Positions 61,612 through 64,000 of a DNA stretch of 64,000 nt are shown one piece after another. Under the pieces are notes generated by a model that saw nothing but the letters and a program-made list of their open reading frames with translations, did no database searches and had not been told where the DNA came from. Within the stretch, counting starts at the first letter, position 1, and the number at the start of each line of letters is the position of its first letter. The DNA is from an uncultured virus (IMG/VR IMGVR_UViG_2630968395_000002). Taxonomy: Duplodnaviria; Heunggongvirae; Uroviricota; Caudoviricetes. Both the position numbers and the translations under genes were made by a program. Location of the stretch: IMG/VR virus record IMGVR_UViG_2630968395_000002; one strand, written 5' to 3'.

Positions 61612-64000
61612 GAGCTTACAGTTACAGGTATTGCTCAGGGCGGTTGATCAGGCCACCCGTCCGTTTAAAGCGGTACAGGCGGCCAGCAAAGCGCTGTCCG
61701 GGGATATTCGTACCACTCAAGGCAGCATTAAAGCGCTGGAAGCTCAATCCGCTAAAATTGATGGCTTTCGTAAGGCCAGTGCTCAACTGGCCGTGACCGG
61801 GCAGGCGCTGAAAAAAGCCAAAGAAAATGCGGCGGCGCTGGCGATCCAGTTGAGAAACACCGCAAACCCTACCGCCCAGCAAACACGGTTAATGGAGGGG
61901 GCCAAGCGCGCGGCCTCTGACCTGCAAACCAAATACAACGGCTTGCGTCAGTCGGTGCAACGCCAGCGTGACACCCTCAATGCCAGCGGTATTTCAACCC
62001 GAAACCTGAGCAGTGAACAGCGCCGGTTACGCAGTAGTGCAGCCGAAGCCACCGCCGCCCTGAGCCGTCAGCGGCAGGAGCTGCAACGTCTGAGCCAGCG
62101 ACAGGAACGGCTTAACCGTATCAGCGCGCGTTACCAGCGCGGCCGGGCTGCTGCCGGGGCGGTACGCAATGCCAGCGCGGTCAGTGTGGGGGTTGCCACT
62201 GCCGGGTTGTACGGAGCCGCTAGACTGATCGCGCCCGGCGTTGAGTTCGACAGCCAGATGTCTGGTACTCAGGCTATTTTAGGTCTGGATAAAAAAGACG
62301 CAAAACTGGCGGCCATTCGCCAGCAAGCGCGAGATATCGGCGGGTCAACCGCGTTTTCCCCAACTGACGTGGCACGAACCCAAGACACGCTGGCCCGTTC
62401 CGGTTATGACGCTGACGCCATTCTGGCCGCCACTGCGCCAACAGTGAATCTGTCGCTGGCCTCCGGTCTTGATATTGCCGAAGCGGCCGACATTGTGACT
62501 AATATGCAATCGGCCTTTAACCTGCCCCTCGACCAGATACAGCGCGTGTCTGACGTGATGGCGAAAGGCTTTACCAGTTCGAACACCAACCTGTCAGAAC
62601 TGGGTGAGGCCATGAAATATGTGGCACCAATTGCCGAGGCGGCCGGGGCCAGTATTGAAGATACTACCGCGCTGCTTGGGGTGCTGGCCGATAATGGCAT
62701 TAAAGGCAGTATGGCCGGGACCAGTACCAGTGCGGTATTTAGCCGATTACAGGCCCCGCGCGGCGTGGCACCGGTGGCACTGCGTGAATTGGGTATCACC
62801 ACTCGCGACAGCAAAGGCAACATGTTGCCGGTAGAGAAAATACTCAAAGATATCAGTCAGTCATTTAAAAAGAACAAGTTAGGCACTGCGCAGCAAGCCG
62901 AATACCTGAAAGTTATTTTTGGTGAGGAGGCGATGAAAGGCGCAGTGAAACTGGTGGCTGCTGCCGGTAATGGCAAGCTGGCCGAGAAGAAAGGCAAGCT
63001 GGTACAGGCCGAGGGGACAGCCGAAGCAATTGCTGCTGTCAAAATGGATAACCTTGATGGTGACTTGAAAAACCTGACGTCGGCATGGGAAGACTTGCGT
63101 ATTGAAGTCTTTGAAACGCAAGATTCCGCTCTGCGTAAACTGACCGTCACCGCAACCGGCTGGCTGATTAAGGCCGCTGACTGGGCAAAGAAAAACCCGG
63201 AGCTGGTCGCGACTCTCACCAAAGTGACCGGTGCGGCGCTGGCATTGATCGGCGGGCTGGGTGCGTTGGGGCTGATTGCATGGCCGGTCATGACCGGGTT
63301 TAACCTGCTGCTGGCCGGGGCCGGGTTGTTGAGTACCGGCTTTTCTCTGATGGCCGGAACTATTGCCGCCGCGCTCACGGCGCTAACATGGCCGATAGTG
63401 GCGGTGGTCGCGGCCATTGTTGCTGGCGCGCTGCTTATCCGTAAATACTGGGAGCCTATCAGCGCCTTTATTGCTGGTGTGGCTGAGGGGTTTATGGCCG
63501 CAATGGGGCCGGTCAGTGCTGCTTTTGAACCGCTTAAACCGGTATTCGCGTGGTTTAGTGACAAGGTGAAGCAACTGGCGAACTGGTTCGCTGACCTGAT
63601 CCGGCCAGTAAAAGCCACACAGGAAACATTAGACCGGGCGACCAACGCAGGTAAAGTCTTTGGTGAGGGGCTGGCGGCGGCGCTCTGTCTGCCGATGAAT
63701 GCGCTAAATACCTTGCGCGCTGGCATTGACTGGGTGCTGGAAAAACTTGGCATTATCGATACTAAGTCGAACGATCTGGCCGACAAAATCCCAGATGAGC
63801 CGCGCTACGGTTACGGCTATGGGACGAGTGGTTGGTCTGGCGGCTACCAACCCGTCACCGCCAATACGGGTACCACCATTGTCGATAGCAGTGTGACCAC
63901 CAATGACATCAACATCAACATTCCACCGGGCATGAGCCGACAGGATGCTGAAAAAATGATGACGGATGCCCTTGCCAAAAATGAACGCGACAAACGCGCC
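61604..64000 (+). CDS. T: Tape measure protein gpT (3' end outside window)
   Basis: MSRSLQLQVLLRAVDQATRP...; LADNGIKGSMAGT; open to the window edge. Confidence 0.93.
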   Translation, partial: MSRSLQLQVLLRAVDQATRPFKAVQAASKALSGDIRTTQGSIKALEAQSAKIDGFRKASAQLAVTGQALKKAKENAAALAIQLRNTANPTAQQTRLMEGAKRAASDLQTKYNGLRQSVQRQRDTLNASGISTRNLSSEQRRLRSSAAEATAALSRQRQELQRLSQRQERLNRISARYQRGRAAAGAVRNASAVSVGVATAGLYGAARLIAPGVEFDSQMSGTQAILGLDKKDAKLAAIRQQARDIGGSTAFSPTDVARTQDTLARSGYDADAILAATAPTVNLSLASGLDIAEAADIVTNMQSAFNLPLDQIQRVSDVMAKGFTSSNTNLSELGEAMKYVAPIAEAAGASIEDTTALLGVLADNGIKGSMAGTSTSAVFSRLQAPRGVAPVALRELGITTRDSKGNMLPVEKILKDISQSFKKNKLGTAQQAEYLKVIFGEEAMKGAVKLVAAAGNGKLAEKKGKLVQAEGTAEAIAAVKMDNLDGDLKNLTSAWEDLRIEVFETQDSALRKLTVTATGWLIKAADWAKKNPELVATLTKVTGAALALIGGLGALGLIAWPVMTGFNLLLAGAGLLSTGFSLMAGTIAAALTALTWPIVAVVAAIVAGALLIRKYWEPISAFIAGVAEGFMAAMGPVSAAFEPLKPVFAWFSDKVKQLANWFADLIRPVKATQETLDRATNAGKVFGEGLAAALCLPMNALNTLRAGIDWVLEKLGIIDTKSNDLADKIPDEPRYGYGYGTSGWSGGYQPVTANTGTTIVDSSVTTNDININIPPGMSRQDAEKMMTDALAKNERDKRA

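Larger units (their letters stand above)
35047..64000. mobile_element. 186/P2-like prophage, right end outside window
   Basis: int-cI-apl-cII-A-tum-cos-Q-P-O-N-M-L-X-lysis-R-S-V-W-J-I-H-G-FI-FII-E-T order. Confidence 0.97.

Overview
The window holds two adjacent prophages in an enterobacterial chromosome, most likely Yersinia given an intact IS100. They meet at the 3' half of a tRNA-Leu(UAA) gene (34993-35046). Positions 1 to ~34990 are a lambdoid prophage with a 933W/Stx2-phage-type head module, a pinholin/SAR-endolysin/spanin cassette, Q, three tandem DNA methyltransferases, O/P-type replication, cro/cI, N, Bet/YqaJ recombination, xis and int. It also carries an IS100 upstream of terS and a Tad2-like plus Acb2/Tad1-like anti-defence pair. 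Positions ~35050-64000 are a 186/P2-like prophage (int, cI, apl, cII, A, tum, cos, head, lysis and tail genes, running off the right edge) with PARIS (ariAB) and a DUF4062 TIR-like gene in its lysogeny region. Two observations stand out. (1) An identical 15-mer translation-initiation motif, GAGGACTGACCAATG, precedes several key lytic genes of the lambdoid prophage, and up to three short terminator-bounded RNAs would be antisense to it, suggesting an sRNA-controlled regulon. (2) The P2-like phage has a second, Walker-B-mutated, ATPase-only copy of its terminase, translationally coupled between gpP and gpQ. All family assignments come from my recognition of motifs; no database search was run.
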